The notes under the pieces were generated by a model that saw nothing but the letters and a program-made list of their open reading frames with translations, had not been told where the DNA came from and made no database searches. A stretch of 64,000 nucleotides of DNA from Candidatus Binatia bacterium. Its GTDB lineage: Bacteria > Desulfobacterota > Binatia > HRBIN30. The first letter of the stretch is position 1. Every line of letters starts with the position of its first letter. Of this stretch, positions 18,731 through 28,608 are shown piece by piece. Where the stretch lies: positions 1 to 64,000 of the forward strand of contig JBBRSP010000010.1 in NCBI GenBank assembly GCA_038245295.1, in the 5' to 3' direction. Both the position numbers and the translations under genes were made by a program.

Positions 18731-20221
18731 ATGTTGTCACCTTCGTCGTTCCCCCAGCGCCCGGTGGCGCGCCGCCTGTTGATTTTGCTCGGGCATGCAG
18801 CCCTCTTGCTCGTCTTCGGATGGCTGCTCGATGCGGCGCGGCGCTGCCCCGATATGTTGATGTGGGACGAGGCCGAGTATGCCTCGATTGCCCGATCGGT
18901 TGTGCGGGGCGAGGGGTTCAGCATCAGCGGCCAACCCAACTCATTGCGCCCGCCGCTGTGGCCTCTGGCGATTGCCGCGCGGCTGGTCGTCAGTGGCGAC
19001 GAGTCCGATGCCAGCCTGAAGGTAACGACCCTCGTCTTCGTGCTCCTTTGTATTCTGGTGGTCGCCGTCATCACGACGCGGCTGTTCGACGAGACCACCG
19101 GCTGGATCGCGGCGATCTGCCTCGGCTTGATGCCGGAGATGTGGCTTCACGCCGGTAGCTTGTTGTCGGAGCCGGCGTTCCTGGCTTTCTTTACCCTCGC
19201 GGTCGGCGGGCTTTACATCGGCCTGCACCACGATTCCCGTTGGCTCCTGATCAGCGCCGCAGGTGCGGCCCTGGCGTTGTTGACGCGCTACACGGCCTTG
19301 CTTCTCGGACCAATCGCTGTCGTCTTCGCTGGCTCGGCCGTCTTCAACCAGGTCGCCCGTGATCGTTGGCGCAGCCGCTGGGCGATGGGCGGCGCAGCCA
19401 CGGCGATGCTTCTTTTGATTCCATGGTTTGTTCGACAGCAGATGACGTTTGGCAACGCGCTGATCGGCGTGACGCGCTCGTCGCAACAACTGCTGGTGTA
19501 CGCACCCGGCGTGTCGATGCCATGGAGCTTCTATGTCGTCGGGCTGCCGGACCTGTTGTCGTGGCCCGTCGCTGCCGCCGCATCGGCAGGTGTGTTGTGG
19601 GGTGTGGTTCGGCGCAACCGCGCCGTGCTTCACATCGCTTTGACGACGGTCGGCTTGCTCGTGTGGTTCAGTGTCTACCGCTACAAAGAGCCGCGTTTGA
19701 TCGCCGCCGTGTTGCCGTTCTGCGCCATGCTGGCGGGTATCGGGATCGTCCAGACCCTCAACGAGACGCCGGCGCGCCGCTGGCGACTTCCCCTTTCGCT
19801 CATCGCGATGTTTGCCCTCGGGTGGCACAACGTCCCGATGGCGCGGCAGGCCGTCGAGCAAAGAGTCACGGCGGGCTTCCCGATCTTTGCCGAGGCGTTG
19901 CACGAGTTGAAGCGGCGCTGCCCGACCGACGGATTGATTCTGTCATCCAACGTCCCAGTGACGGCCTGGTACACCGACCGACGAGTCGAACCCCTCCCCG
20001 CGCAAGGATCTGAGCTCGCGACGCGCGCGGCACAGGCGAACTGGATCGTCATCACTAATTTCGAAGCCGGCCAACCGGCTTATGCCAAGGACCTGGCCAA
20101 GCAGATCCCGCGGCTGCAACCGTCGGCCGCGCAGTTCATGTTTCTTCACGACAAACAGTCGGCTGTGGCGCTGATCGATGCGCCGTACCTGGCGCGGCAC
20201 CTGCGCGCCGAAGGGCCTTGA
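18731..20221 (+). CDS. ArnT/PMT-like (GT-C) membrane glycosyltransferase
   Basis: WDEAEY, RPPLWP, LLSEP, many TM helices, KEPR motif. Confidence 0.85.
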   Translation: MLSPSSFPQRPVARRLLILLGHAALLLVFGWLLDAARRCPDMLMWDEAEYASIARSVVRGEGFSISGQPNSLRPPLWPLAIAARLVVSGDESDASLKVTTLVFVLLCILVVAVITTRLFDETTGWIAAICLGLMPEMWLHAGSLLSEPAFLAFFTLAVGGLYIGLHHDSRWLLISAAGAALALLTRYTALLLGPIAVVFAGSAVFNQVARDRWRSRWAMGGAATAMLLLIPWFVRQQMTFGNALIGVTRSSQQLLVYAPGVSMPWSFYVVGLPDLLSWPVAAAASAGVLWGVVRRNRAVLHIALTTVGLLVWFSVYRYKEPRLIAAVLPFCAMLAGIGIVQTLNETPARRWRLPLSLIAMFALGWHNVPMARQAVEQRVTAGFPIFAEALHELKRRCPTDGLILSSNVPVTAWYTDRRVEPLPAQGSELATRAAQANWIVITNFEAGQPAYAKDLAKQIPRLQPSAAQFMFLHDKQSAVALIDAPYLARHLRAEGP

Positions 20222-20249
20222 GTGGCACGCGGCACCGACACTCCGCTGA

Positions 20250-20329
20250 CCGCAGGCTAAAAGCCTGCGCCTACCAGCTTCAAATCCACAGGTAGATTGG
20301 AACCGGTAGGCGCAGGCTTCAGCCTGCGG
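20250..20329. repeat. GTAG REP doublet
   Basis: CCGCAGGCTAAAAGCCTGCGCCTACC...GGTAGGCGCAGGCTTCAGCCTGCGG. Confidence 0.9.
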
Positions 20330-20378
20330 AGCGGCGACGCTGCTTGCACCAACACCGGCGCGCAACCTAGAAGCGTTC

Positions 20379-21773
20379 GTGACCAAAACCGAACGCCGCG
20401 AGTACTTCGACGAGGTCGCGACCCTGGGCGATCGGTGGGCCAGGCGGGCCGAATACTACCGGCGCCAAGTACAGCAGGCGTGTCGCTTCCTCATCCCGCG
20501 CGGCGCCCGGGTTCTGGAAATTGGCTGCGGCTCCGGTGATCTGCTGGCGAGCCTCGATCCGTCGCGCGGCCTCGGCATTGATCTCAGCCCGGTGATGGTC
20601 GGCAAGGCTCGCGCCGCCCATCCGAGCCTCGAGTTCCGCATCGGTGACGCTGAAGCGCTGGCGGTGGAAGAGGAATTCGACTTCGTCGTCCTCTCCGACC
20701 TGCTCGGGCATCTGGATGACGTGCAAGCGTGTTTCGCACAGGTGGCCAGAGTCATGCGCCCCGACACGCGCCTCATCCTCACGTGGCACAACTTCCTGTG
20801 GCAACCGATCCTGAAGCTCGCCGAACGTCTCGGCCTCAAGATGCCGCAGCCGCCGCTCAACTGGCTCGATGGCGGCGATGTGGCAAATCTGCTCGCTCTG
20901 GCCGATCTCGAAATCATTCGCCGCACGCAACGGGTGCTACTTCCGCTGCCGGTACCGCTGGTGAACTCCGTCTTGTCGCAACTGCCCGGGTTGCGCCGCC
21001 TGTGTCTGGTCAATGTTGCCGTGGCGCGCCTGCGCCAACAACCACACGAGCCCGAGCTGAGTGTCAGCGTCGTCGTTCCGACGCGCAACGAGCGCGGCAA
21101 CATCGCGGCGATCATCGAGCGCACGCCGCCGCTTGGGAGCCACACGGAGATCATCTTCGTCGATGGACATTCGACGGACGGCACGCTGGCCGAAACGCAG
21201 GCGCAGATCGCGCGTCATCCGGAACGGGCGCTGCGTTCGCTCACCCAGGATGGCACGGGCAAGGGAGACGCCGTGCGTAAGGCGTTCGATCTGGCAACCG
21301 GCGACGTGCTGATGATCCTCGATGCCGACCTGACGGTGGCGCCAGAGGAGCTCTCGAAGTTCTTCGACGCCCTGGCGCGAGGCCGCGGCGACCTGATCAA
21401 CGGCTGCCGCCTGGTGTATCCGATGGAGGATCGCGCCATGCGGCCGCTTAATCTGCTGGGCAACAAACTCTTCGCCCTGCTGTTCAGCTGGCTGCTCGAT
21501 CAACGTTTCAAGGACACCCTCTGCGGTACCAAGGTCTTGCGGCGCCGCGACTACATCAAGATCCGCGACAATCGCGCCTTCTTCGGCGACTTTGATCCGT
21601 ACGGCGATTTCGACTTGTTGCTCGGCGCCTCAAAGCAGAACCTGAAGATCGTCGACATCCCGATCCGCTATCGCGAGCGCATGTACGGCACGACCAACAT
21701 CGCACGCTGGCACGGCGGATGGGTCCTGCTGAAGATGAGCCTGTTTGCCTATCGCAAGCTGAAGGTCGTGTGA
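20379..21773 (+). CDS. Class I SAM methyltransferase-GT2 glycosyltransferase fusion
   Basis: VLEIGCGSG; VVVPTRNE, VDGHSTDGT, GKGDAV, ILDADL, DTLCGTK. Confidence 0.93.
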   Translation: MTKTERREYFDEVATLGDRWARRAEYYRRQVQQACRFLIPRGARVLEIGCGSGDLLASLDPSRGLGIDLSPVMVGKARAAHPSLEFRIGDAEALAVEEEFDFVVLSDLLGHLDDVQACFAQVARVMRPDTRLILTWHNFLWQPILKLAERLGLKMPQPPLNWLDGGDVANLLALADLEIIRRTQRVLLPLPVPLVNSVLSQLPGLRRLCLVNVAVARLRQQPHEPELSVSVVVPTRNERGNIAAIIERTPPLGSHTEIIFVDGHSTDGTLAETQAQIARHPERALRSLTQDGTGKGDAVRKAFDLATGDVLMILDADLTVAPEELSKFFDALARGRGDLINGCRLVYPMEDRAMRPLNLLGNKLFALLFSWLLDQRFKDTLCGTKVLRRRDYIKIRDNRAFFGDFDPYGDFDLLLGASKQNLKIVDIPIRYRERMYGTTNIARWHGGWVLLKMSLFAYRKLKVV

Positions 21774-21834
21774 TGAAAGCAAGCGCCCCCTCTCCCGCTT
21801 GCGCCATTCGCAACAGCCTTGTGTGGGAGCACGA

Positions 21835-22025
21835 GGTGACCATCGCAAGCGACCAAGTGAACATTCGGCGACCACTCCGCTGACAGAGTTCCCCCCCAAA
21901 CTGTCTTCGAGCGCGCGCAACTGGGCGCTGATCGTTGGCTGCGCCAGCCGCAATTGGGCAGCCGCAGCGGAGACGCTGCCCTCGCGCACGATCGTCCAGA
22001 AATACAAAAGGTCATTCCATAGCAC
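21835..22025 (-). pseudogene. nhaR: Truncated NhaR-like LysR regulator
   Basis: LLYFWTIVREGSVSAAAAQLRLAQPTISAQLRALEDSLG helix-turn-helix, then breaks off; divergent from hpf-terC. Confidence 0.8.
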
Positions 22026-22036
22026 GATCCCCACCA

Positions 22037-22075
22037 ATAGATTTTTTCGATTCCAGGTGAGCTATTTATCTATTT
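22037..22075. promoter_or_regulatory. Putative LysR (T-N11-A) boxes in the divergent promoter
   Basis: ATAG-N7-CGAT at 22037-22051 and AT-rich TATTTATCTAT downstream, between the LysR remnant and hpf. Confidence 0.55.
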
Positions 22076-22145
22076 GCTAGTCGGTTTCGTGGGTGTGTAT
22101 TCAGAACTCCGGATGAATCAGGCAACCAGACAGAAGGAGGAACCC

Positions 22146-22490
22146 ATGAGAATCGAGATTCGCGGACGGGAAGTCGGCGTGACCGCCGCCTTGACGGAGC
22201 ACGTCGAACGCCGCTTGCGCTTTGCACTGGGTCGCTTCGCAACAAAGGTGCGGCGCGCCACAGTTCGCCTCAGCGACGCCAATGGGCCACGGGGCGGCGT
22301 CGACAAGCTGTGCCGCATTGCCGTAACGATGCCCCGCTTCCAGCCAATGGTGATCGAAGACACCGCTAGTGACCTGTACGCGGCGATTGACCGGGCTTCG
22401 GACCGCGCCAGTCGCGTCGTTGAGCGTCAACTCTCGCGCAGCCGAAACAGGCACCCGGTCCCTGCCCTGGACACGGGAGAGGCGGCGTAA
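22146..22490 (+). CDS. HPF/RaiA family ribosome-associated protein
   Basis: AAGGAGG RBS, HVERRLRFALGRF, DANGPRGGVDKLCRI, DLYAAID. Confidence 0.9.
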   Translation: MRIEIRGREVGVTAALTEHVERRLRFALGRFATKVRRATVRLSDANGPRGGVDKLCRIAVTMPRFQPMVIEDTASDLYAAIDRASDRASRVVERQLSRSRNRHPVPALDTGEAA

Positions 22491-22522
22491 TCAACCGGTT
22501 CGGCCGGACGCAGGAGACTCGA

Positions 22523-23476
22523 ATGATCGAGAGTGTGGGTAGCCCGGCCCTATGGGCGGGATTCATGGTGTTTGTCGCGGCGATGTTGGCGCTCGATCTA
22601 GGTGTGTTCCATCGCAAGGCACATGTAGTCGCCACGCGCGAAGCGCTGACGTGGAGCATCATCTGGATCGGCCTGGCACTGCTGTTCAGCTTGGGCGTGT
22701 GGGCTGGATTCGGCCCGCAGCGCGGCATCGAGTTCCTCACCGGCTACCTGATCGAGAAATCACTGTCGATCGACAACATCTTCATCTTCGTCGTGATCTT
22801 CTCGTCTCTCAAGATTCCGGCAGCCTACCAGCACCGCATCCTATTTTATGGCATCCTAACCGCCTTGATCCTACGCGCCGCCATGATCTTTGCCGGCGCG
22901 GCGATGTTGGCGCGATTTCACTGGCTCATCTACGTCTTCGGCGTTTTTCTGATTCTCACCGGCATCAAGCTGTTCCGCGACCGCGGCAAGGAATCCCATC
23001 CAGAGGACAGCTGGCTGATGCGCCAGCTGCGCCGCTTGATCCCGAGCACGACGGAATTCGACGGACCTCGGTTCTTCACCCGAATCGACGGCCGTGTCGT
23101 CGCCACGCCGGTGTTCATGGCGCTGCTCATGGTGGAGATCACGGACCTAGTCTTCGCGGTCGACTCCATCCCGGCGATCTTTGCCGTCACCACGGATACG
23201 TTCATCGTATTCACGTCGAACATCTTCGCAATCCTCGGCCTGCGATCGCTATTCTTCCTGCTCGCCGATCTGGTGGATCGTTTCCGCTACCTCAAGGTCG
23301 GCCTGGCGGCGGTGCTGGTGTTCGTCGGCATCAAGATGAGCGTGGTCGACTTCTACAAGATGCCACCATTGGTGTCGCTGTGCGTCGTGTTGCTCTTGCT
23401 CGGCGGCTCGGTGGTGGCGTCGCTGTATGCCAGTCGTCGCGAGGAACGAGGGGCACTAACGGCAGCCGAGGCATAG
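22523..23476 (+). CDS. TerC/Alx family membrane protein
   Basis: LALDLGVF, GYLIEKSLSIDNIF, DLVFAVDSIPA, TSNIFAILGLRSL. Confidence 0.95.
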   Translation: MIESVGSPALWAGFMVFVAAMLALDLGVFHRKAHVVATREALTWSIIWIGLALLFSLGVWAGFGPQRGIEFLTGYLIEKSLSIDNIFIFVVIFSSLKIPAAYQHRILFYGILTALILRAAMIFAGAAMLARFHWLIYVFGVFLILTGIKLFRDRGKESHPEDSWLMRQLRRLIPSTTEFDGPRFFTRIDGRVVATPVFMALLMVEITDLVFAVDSIPAIFAVTTDTFIVFTSNIFAILGLRSLFFLLADLVDRFRYLKVGLAAVLVFVGIKMSVVDFYKMPPLVSLCVVLLLLGGSVVASLYASRREERGALTAAEA

Positions 23477-23565
23477 CGGCATGGTGAGACAAACCACGTC
23501 TGGGGAGACACGCCGGACTGGCGCGTCGCTTCATACCCGACGGCTCAAATGGTATCGCTCGTTCC

Positions 23566-24858
23566 ATGCGGATCGACAGCCAGCTACCCGGAGCGATGGG
23601 GAGACGCGTATTCATCGCCGTAACGCTTCTCCTTACCCAATCGTTACGCACCCTGGCTCAGCCACAGCCCAATTGCGCCGAGCCCGGCAGTCAATGCAGC
23701 CTTGCCGCCACGGCGATCCAGGCCGGCGCCTTTATCGGCGCTGCCGTCAACGACCCAGGGGCGACGGCGGCGCAGTCGACCGTACCGCGCGACTTCAATG
23801 CCCTGACGCCTGAGAACGCCATGAAGTGGGGGAGCCTGGCGCACAACGTCGGCCAATACGACTTCAGCGCCGCCGATGCGATCGCCGATTTCGCCGGCGT
23901 CACCGGAGCGCGACTGCGCGGCCACACGTTGATCTGGGGGCGCACGCAGCTGCCACAAGATCTTGCCGCCGATGTCGCCGCGGCCGCGGATCCGGCGGCG
24001 CAGCTGCGCGCCCGCATGAGCGAGCACATCGCCACGGTTGTCGATCGCTATCAGGGCCGTGTAGCGTTGTGGGACGTTGTCAACGAACCGCTGGACGACA
24101 ACTCCGGCCGCTTCCAGGACAACATATTCTTCCGCACCCTCGGCGACGGTTACATCGCCGAAGCATTCCATCTGGCGCGGGCGCACGACGCCGAGGCGCC
24201 ATTGTTCCTCAATGAGTTCTTGTTTGGCTACAGCGGCGCCAAGGCAATTGCTCTGCGCAATCTGGTGGCCCGCTTGCGCACCGCGGGCGTCCCGGTCGAT
24301 GGCGTTGGCATCCAGGCCCACTTTTTCCCGGGCCTTCCCCTACCGACCCGTACCGCATTTGAGAGCTACCTGCGTTCACTCGGTGATCTGGGGGTGAAGG
24401 TCGAGATTACCGAGCTCGACGTTTCGATTGACCACTTCCTCGATGCGGCCGACCCCTTGGCACGCCAGGCGGAGTTCTACGGTGACATCGTCGCCGCGTG
24501 CATGGCGGTCCCCGCCTGCCAGGGCGTGACATTGTGGGGTATAAGCGACGGCCACACATGGCTCGACACCACCGAGCCATTCTCCGCCTCGGCACCGAAC
24601 CTGCCCCTGCTCTTCGACGCGGCGCTGCAGCCGAAGCCAGCCTATGCGGCGGTACAACGCGCCTTGGCGCGGCGGCTGCCGCAAAGCTTCGACTGCAACG
24701 GCGATGGCAGCGTCAGCGTCGACGATCTCATCGTCGGTGTGACGATCGCCCTCGACGAGCAGCCGCTTGCCGATTGTGCGTCGTTCGATCGCAACGGCGA
24801 TGCGAGCGTAACGGTCGAGGAGCTGCTCCTCGCTGTGCGCCGTGCCCTCGAGTCCTGA
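23566..24858 (+). CDS. GH10 endo-1,4-beta-xylanase with C-terminal dockerin-like domain
   Basis: TPENAMKW, RGHTLIW, WDVVNE, GIQAH, ITELD; C-terminal DCNGDGSVSVDDL...DRNGDASVTVEEL. Confidence 0.92.
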   Translation: MRIDSQLPGAMGRRVFIAVTLLLTQSLRTLAQPQPNCAEPGSQCSLAATAIQAGAFIGAAVNDPGATAAQSTVPRDFNALTPENAMKWGSLAHNVGQYDFSAADAIADFAGVTGARLRGHTLIWGRTQLPQDLAADVAAAADPAAQLRARMSEHIATVVDRYQGRVALWDVVNEPLDDNSGRFQDNIFFRTLGDGYIAEAFHLARAHDAEAPLFLNEFLFGYSGAKAIALRNLVARLRTAGVPVDGVGIQAHFFPGLPLPTRTAFESYLRSLGDLGVKVEITELDVSIDHFLDAADPLARQAEFYGDIVAACMAVPACQGVTLWGISDGHTWLDTTEPFSASAPNLPLLFDAALQPKPAYAAVQRALARRLPQSFDCNGDGSVSVDDLIVGVTIALDEQPLADCASFDRNGDASVTVEELLLAVRRALES

Positions 24859-25079
24859 GGGGACACGCCGTTTCCCTTACGCCCAAAAGACCATTGGGAT
24901 AAACGCACGCGGCCAAAAGATGGGCGCGTTGGGGAGGTTGCGAATGATTGCACCGTCGGATGCCTGTTCGCTCTCGGGATGTGGTGCCTTCGCTTGCGCG
25001 AAGAACGAAGTCGAGGTTGATCGGCGCCCCACACGACGCCTTTTGACTTCACGCTCTGACCAACGGAGCGGCGCTCGCC

Positions 25080-25481
25080 TTAGAATTGCCCGGTGAGAAG
25101 CTCGGTGAAGTTGGTGTCGGTAACGCTGAACGGCCGACCAGTGATGCTGTTGAGGAAGATATCGGGTGACACCGTCTCCGCCTTGCCGTTGGCGAAGTTG
25201 AACGCCTCACCAATGATGGGCTGGCGGCCTGGGAAAACTGGGTAAAGCGTCGTGTTCGCAGGTGCGCCGCCGCGAACCACCACGTGCAGAAACGACAGCC
25301 CGAAGCATTCGTCGATCTCGGCGCGACCGCGCAGATGCAGCGCAGCGCCATCGGGCGTCGGCGTTAGTTGGATGACCTTGACGGCATGACACACAAACCC
25401 GCTGGCGTTGGCGGGAGCGCCGACGAGCGCAAAGGTCAACGCAGCGGTGGCGATACGTACGGCGATCCTAATCTTGGCCAT
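25080..25481 (-). CDS. Small secreted hypothetical protein
   Basis: GGAGG RBS, signal peptide ending PANA. Confidence 0.7.
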   Translation of the reverse strand: MAKIRIAVRIATAALTFALVGAPANASGFVCHAVKVIQLTPTPDGAALHLRGRAEIDECFGLSFLHVVVRGGAPANTTLYPVFPGRQPIIGEAFNFANGKAETVSPDIFLNSITGRPFSVTDTNFTELLTGQF

Positions 25482-25508
25482 TGTCTGTTCCTCCGGTTCC
25501 CCGTAGAC

Positions 25509-25524
25509 GCACGATGCATGCCAA
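25509..25524 (-). promoter_or_regulatory. Putative sigma-54 promoter
   Basis: Minus strand TTGGCATGCATCGTGC (GG-N10-GC) 28 bp upstream of the 25481 start. Confidence 0.45.
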
Positions 25525-25635
25525 CAACCCCGCTGCGGTCGCCTTCAAAAATCGGAACTCGATGTGGTCGTCGGCGTGCAAGAACCTGCAGGCACCAGAC
25601 GATGCGCGGTAGAGATCTGCAGTGGTGGGCCCCCA

Positions 25636-25691
25636 AAGCAGTAAAAGGGGATGACCCCCATTGAAGCAGTAAAAGGGGATGACCCCCATTG
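25636..25691. repeat. Perfect 28-bp tandem duplication containing a GGGG-ATGA-CCCC hairpin
   Basis: AAGCAGTAAAAGGGGATGACCCCCATTG twice (25636-25663, 25664-25691). Confidence 0.9.
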
Positions 25692-25735
25692 TGCAGCTCG
25701 ATCTCCGGCCTGCCGCTGCCCGACCGTTCCGCTGC

Positions 25736-28381
25736 TCAGCCACCCAACCACTGCGCCAGCTGGAGCCCAACTTTACGCGTCCCCTGCTTGGCAGAGCGGT
25801 AGACCCCGTCCCAAGCGGAACGGACCCCATAGGCCGCCAAGGCAGTCCACGGGGGCGAGTCGGGTAACGCCAAGGTCGTCGATGCGGCCGGGTAATCATC
25901 GACCATCACATAGGCCCGTACGGCCCCACGGGCACCACCGGGAGGAAATTGAATCGTCACCGATTCAACGATCCCGCCGGCCGCAGCAGTGCGTGTCGTC
26001 TGCTGCGCATAGTCGAGCGGTAGTGGGCGCCCGGTAGCCACATCAACCAGCAGAACACAGATGTTGTGCGCGTCGTTGCGTAGCGTCGAGTCGCGAAGGG
26101 TTGCCGTCACCGATGTCGCGTCGCCGCGAAAACTGACTCCCCCGACACCCGTGGGCGCAGCACTCTGCCCAGCGCCGCGCGGCCGCAGCTCAGCAGCGCC
26201 GACAACATTCAGCAGATCGGTGCTCGGATTGCAGTATCCGAGGCGCTGCAGGAACTCGCCGTAGAAGTCGATCTTGCCGCAGGTGGTCTTGGCATTGATG
26301 GCCGCATGGTCGATGGCTGCCCCTTGGGCATCGACGCGTGCCGCCACGCGGAAGAATTCGAACGGCAGCGGGAAGCCGTTAAACTCGATGGTGAAGCCGG
26401 CTTCGTTGCGCAACGTCAGCAGATCGCCGTCGAGCTCGACCTCGACCGGAAAGCGGACGCGCGAACCCGGATCGACCTCGGTATGATTTTCCGCATCGGC
26501 CAATCGCCCACCGACGACCCAGCCGATCGCGCGGCGTTCGTCACCCTCGACGAGACCGAGGAGGTAGTGGATCGAGTCGAAGCCAATCTGGTTGTAACTT
26601 GGCAGGATCGTCGGCAACGGCGCCGCCAGACGATAGAGCTCCCACTTGGTCGCTGGGTCGCCTGCGTGCTTCGGCACGGTCAGCTGAAATCCATTGAGGT
26701 CGTGCGGCCGCAGTTGGAACTCGAATGTTCCGCTGACGTCGGGATTCTTGCTCTCAATCGGTTCTCCGGCGGCCAGGTAGCGCGCTTGGATGTAAACCCC
26801 GAGCGCTCCCCCGGCAGTGACGCCGAAACTGCCCTGCGGCACAACCGTCACGAATCGGCGGTCACCTGACACCTGCACATCGGCAGGCAGCGGCGGCTCC
26901 AGGGTGACACGAACGCTTTCGGAATCGAGCAGCGCCGGCTGGGTGTCGTTGTCGGCGCGCACCGACAACGAAAAGGTCAGCGGCTGATTCGCGTCGATGA
27001 TCGCTGGCGCCTCTGACAAGGTTCGGCCGAAGGAAGTCGTGTAGACGAAGGACGCACCGTCACGGGGGAGCCCTTCTCCATCACGAGCGATGCAGCGTGC
27101 GTCGCTCGCGGCCGCCGGACGCAAGCAGTAGTCGTACGGCACACCGAACACGCCGCCGTTCTCGCCACCGATGACGATGGTATCGGCACCCAGCGCCGGT
27201 GACGAGTTCAGGTCATCGCGTGCCTCGTCGATGAGCCGCATTGCCCAACGCAGAGTGCCGTCGGGGTTGAGGACGAAAAGCTTCCCTTCCCCGGAGCCGA
27301 CATAGATGTTGCCGTTCCCGTCGATCGCCGGCGAAGAACGGATCGGCTCACGCGTGTCAAAGGCCCAGCGGATGCTGCCATCCTCTGGACGCAGCGCGTA
27401 GATCGTGCCGTCGGCACTCGGCTGGATGATTGTCCCATCGGCGGCCTCGGCGGCACTGGCGTACACATGATCGCGCAGGCGACGCTCCCAAAGCGGGCGC
27501 CCGCTCTCGAGATCATGCGCCCGCACCAGGCCGTCGAAGGCGCCAACCACCACGCGACGGGTGGCGCCTACTGTCGTGAGTAGCGGGCTGGCAACCACCG
27601 AGCCGCGCGCCCGCGCGATCCAGCGGCGCTTCCCGTTGGCCGCGTCGAGGGCGAAGGTGTTGCCGAGGAACGGAAAGTTGTTGCCAATCAGCAGCGTGTT
27701 GGTCGCCAGGTCCAGCGCCGGCAGCGACCAGGTCTGGTCCCGGGTCAGAGCGCACCACAAACGTTTACCGCTGCCACGGCTCACACCATACGTGCAGAAA
27801 TTGTCGTTGGGGGCGAAGAGGATGCCATCGGCTCCGATGGCAACGTTGCCTTCGAACCAGCGGATGAAGGCATCGTTTACCGACGGCGGATCGGAGAGGA
27901 ACGCCCACTGCTGGGTCCCGGTGTCGCGATCGAGGGCGTAGAGCCGCCCATCGCCGGAGCCGAAGATCACCCGTCCCTGATCGTCGAGCAGCGCCGCGGA
28001 GTCGATGATTTCGCCGGTGGGGAACTGCCAGCGCAAGTGGCCGGCGCCGTCGATGGCATAGAAGGAGTGATCGGCCGAGCCGACGTACACTGTACCCTCG
28101 CCGTCGATCACCGGCGAGCTGAACACGCCCTTGCCCGTGCGAAAGACCCAGGGCGCACGGCCGGAGTCAACTGGCACCACAGGGCTGCGGCCGCTCTGCG
28201 GCGCATCGCGACGAAACTTCGGCCACGGGCTGAGGGGATCGAGCGGGACGCCGTAGGCAAAACGCGGCGGCTCAACCGCTGCTGCGACAGTCGCTGAGCC
28301 CAACGTGAACAACAGCACGGCCGCAGCTCCGAGAAGGAAGTAGCCGCGTAGTTGGCCCACGCTGCCCGGCCGAGTCATCAT
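25736..28381 (-). CDS. PQQ-binding-like beta-propeller (BamB-type repeat) protein
   Basis: SPWPKFRRD, repeated SSPxID...YVGS...LRW blades; signal peptide. Confidence 0.88.
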   Translation of the reverse strand: MMTRPGSVGQLRGYFLLGAAAVLLFTLGSATVAAAVEPPRFAYGVPLDPLSPWPKFRRDAPQSGRSPVVPVDSGRAPWVFRTGKGVFSSPVIDGEGTVYVGSADHSFYAIDGAGHLRWQFPTGEIIDSAALLDDQGRVIFGSGDGRLYALDRDTGTQQWAFLSDPPSVNDAFIRWFEGNVAIGADGILFAPNDNFCTYGVSRGSGKRLWCALTRDQTWSLPALDLATNTLLIGNNFPFLGNTFALDAANGKRRWIARARGSVVASPLLTTVGATRRVVVGAFDGLVRAHDLESGRPLWERRLRDHVYASAAEAADGTIIQPSADGTIYALRPEDGSIRWAFDTREPIRSSPAIDGNGNIYVGSGEGKLFVLNPDGTLRWAMRLIDEARDDLNSSPALGADTIVIGGENGGVFGVPYDYCLRPAAASDARCIARDGEGLPRDGASFVYTTSFGRTLSEAPAIIDANQPLTFSLSVRADNDTQPALLDSESVRVTLEPPLPADVQVSGDRRFVTVVPQGSFGVTAGGALGVYIQARYLAAGEPIESKNPDVSGTFEFQLRPHDLNGFQLTVPKHAGDPATKWELYRLAAPLPTILPSYNQIGFDSIHYLLGLVEGDERRAIGWVVGGRLADAENHTEVDPGSRVRFPVEVELDGDLLTLRNEAGFTIEFNGFPLPFEFFRVAARVDAQGAAIDHAAINAKTTCGKIDFYGEFLQRLGYCNPSTDLLNVVGAAELRPRGAGQSAAPTGVGGVSFRGDATSVTATLRDSTLRNDAHNICVLLVDVATGRPLPLDYAQQTTRTAAAGGIVESVTIQFPPGGARGAVRAYVMVDDYPAASTTLALPDSPPWTALAAYGVRSAWDGVYRSAKQGTRKVGLQLAQWLGG

Positions 28382-28608
28382 CTCGACACACGCACGTCTG
28401 TTACGCGTTGCAATGAGCGTTCCTCTCCCGGCGAAGCGGGCCACGTGGAGCCTGCGAGTGAAGAATCGTCCAGACAGCTTCCCGTCGCCTGGAATTCGCT
28501 CCAATCGGCTTCGCGCTGGTGGGAGGCGGACGCCCCGGTGCGGCGATCTGGCACTTCGGCGCGATCACTTGCCGGTCGACTACGCATCGTGCCACGGTGT
28601 GCTTCACG

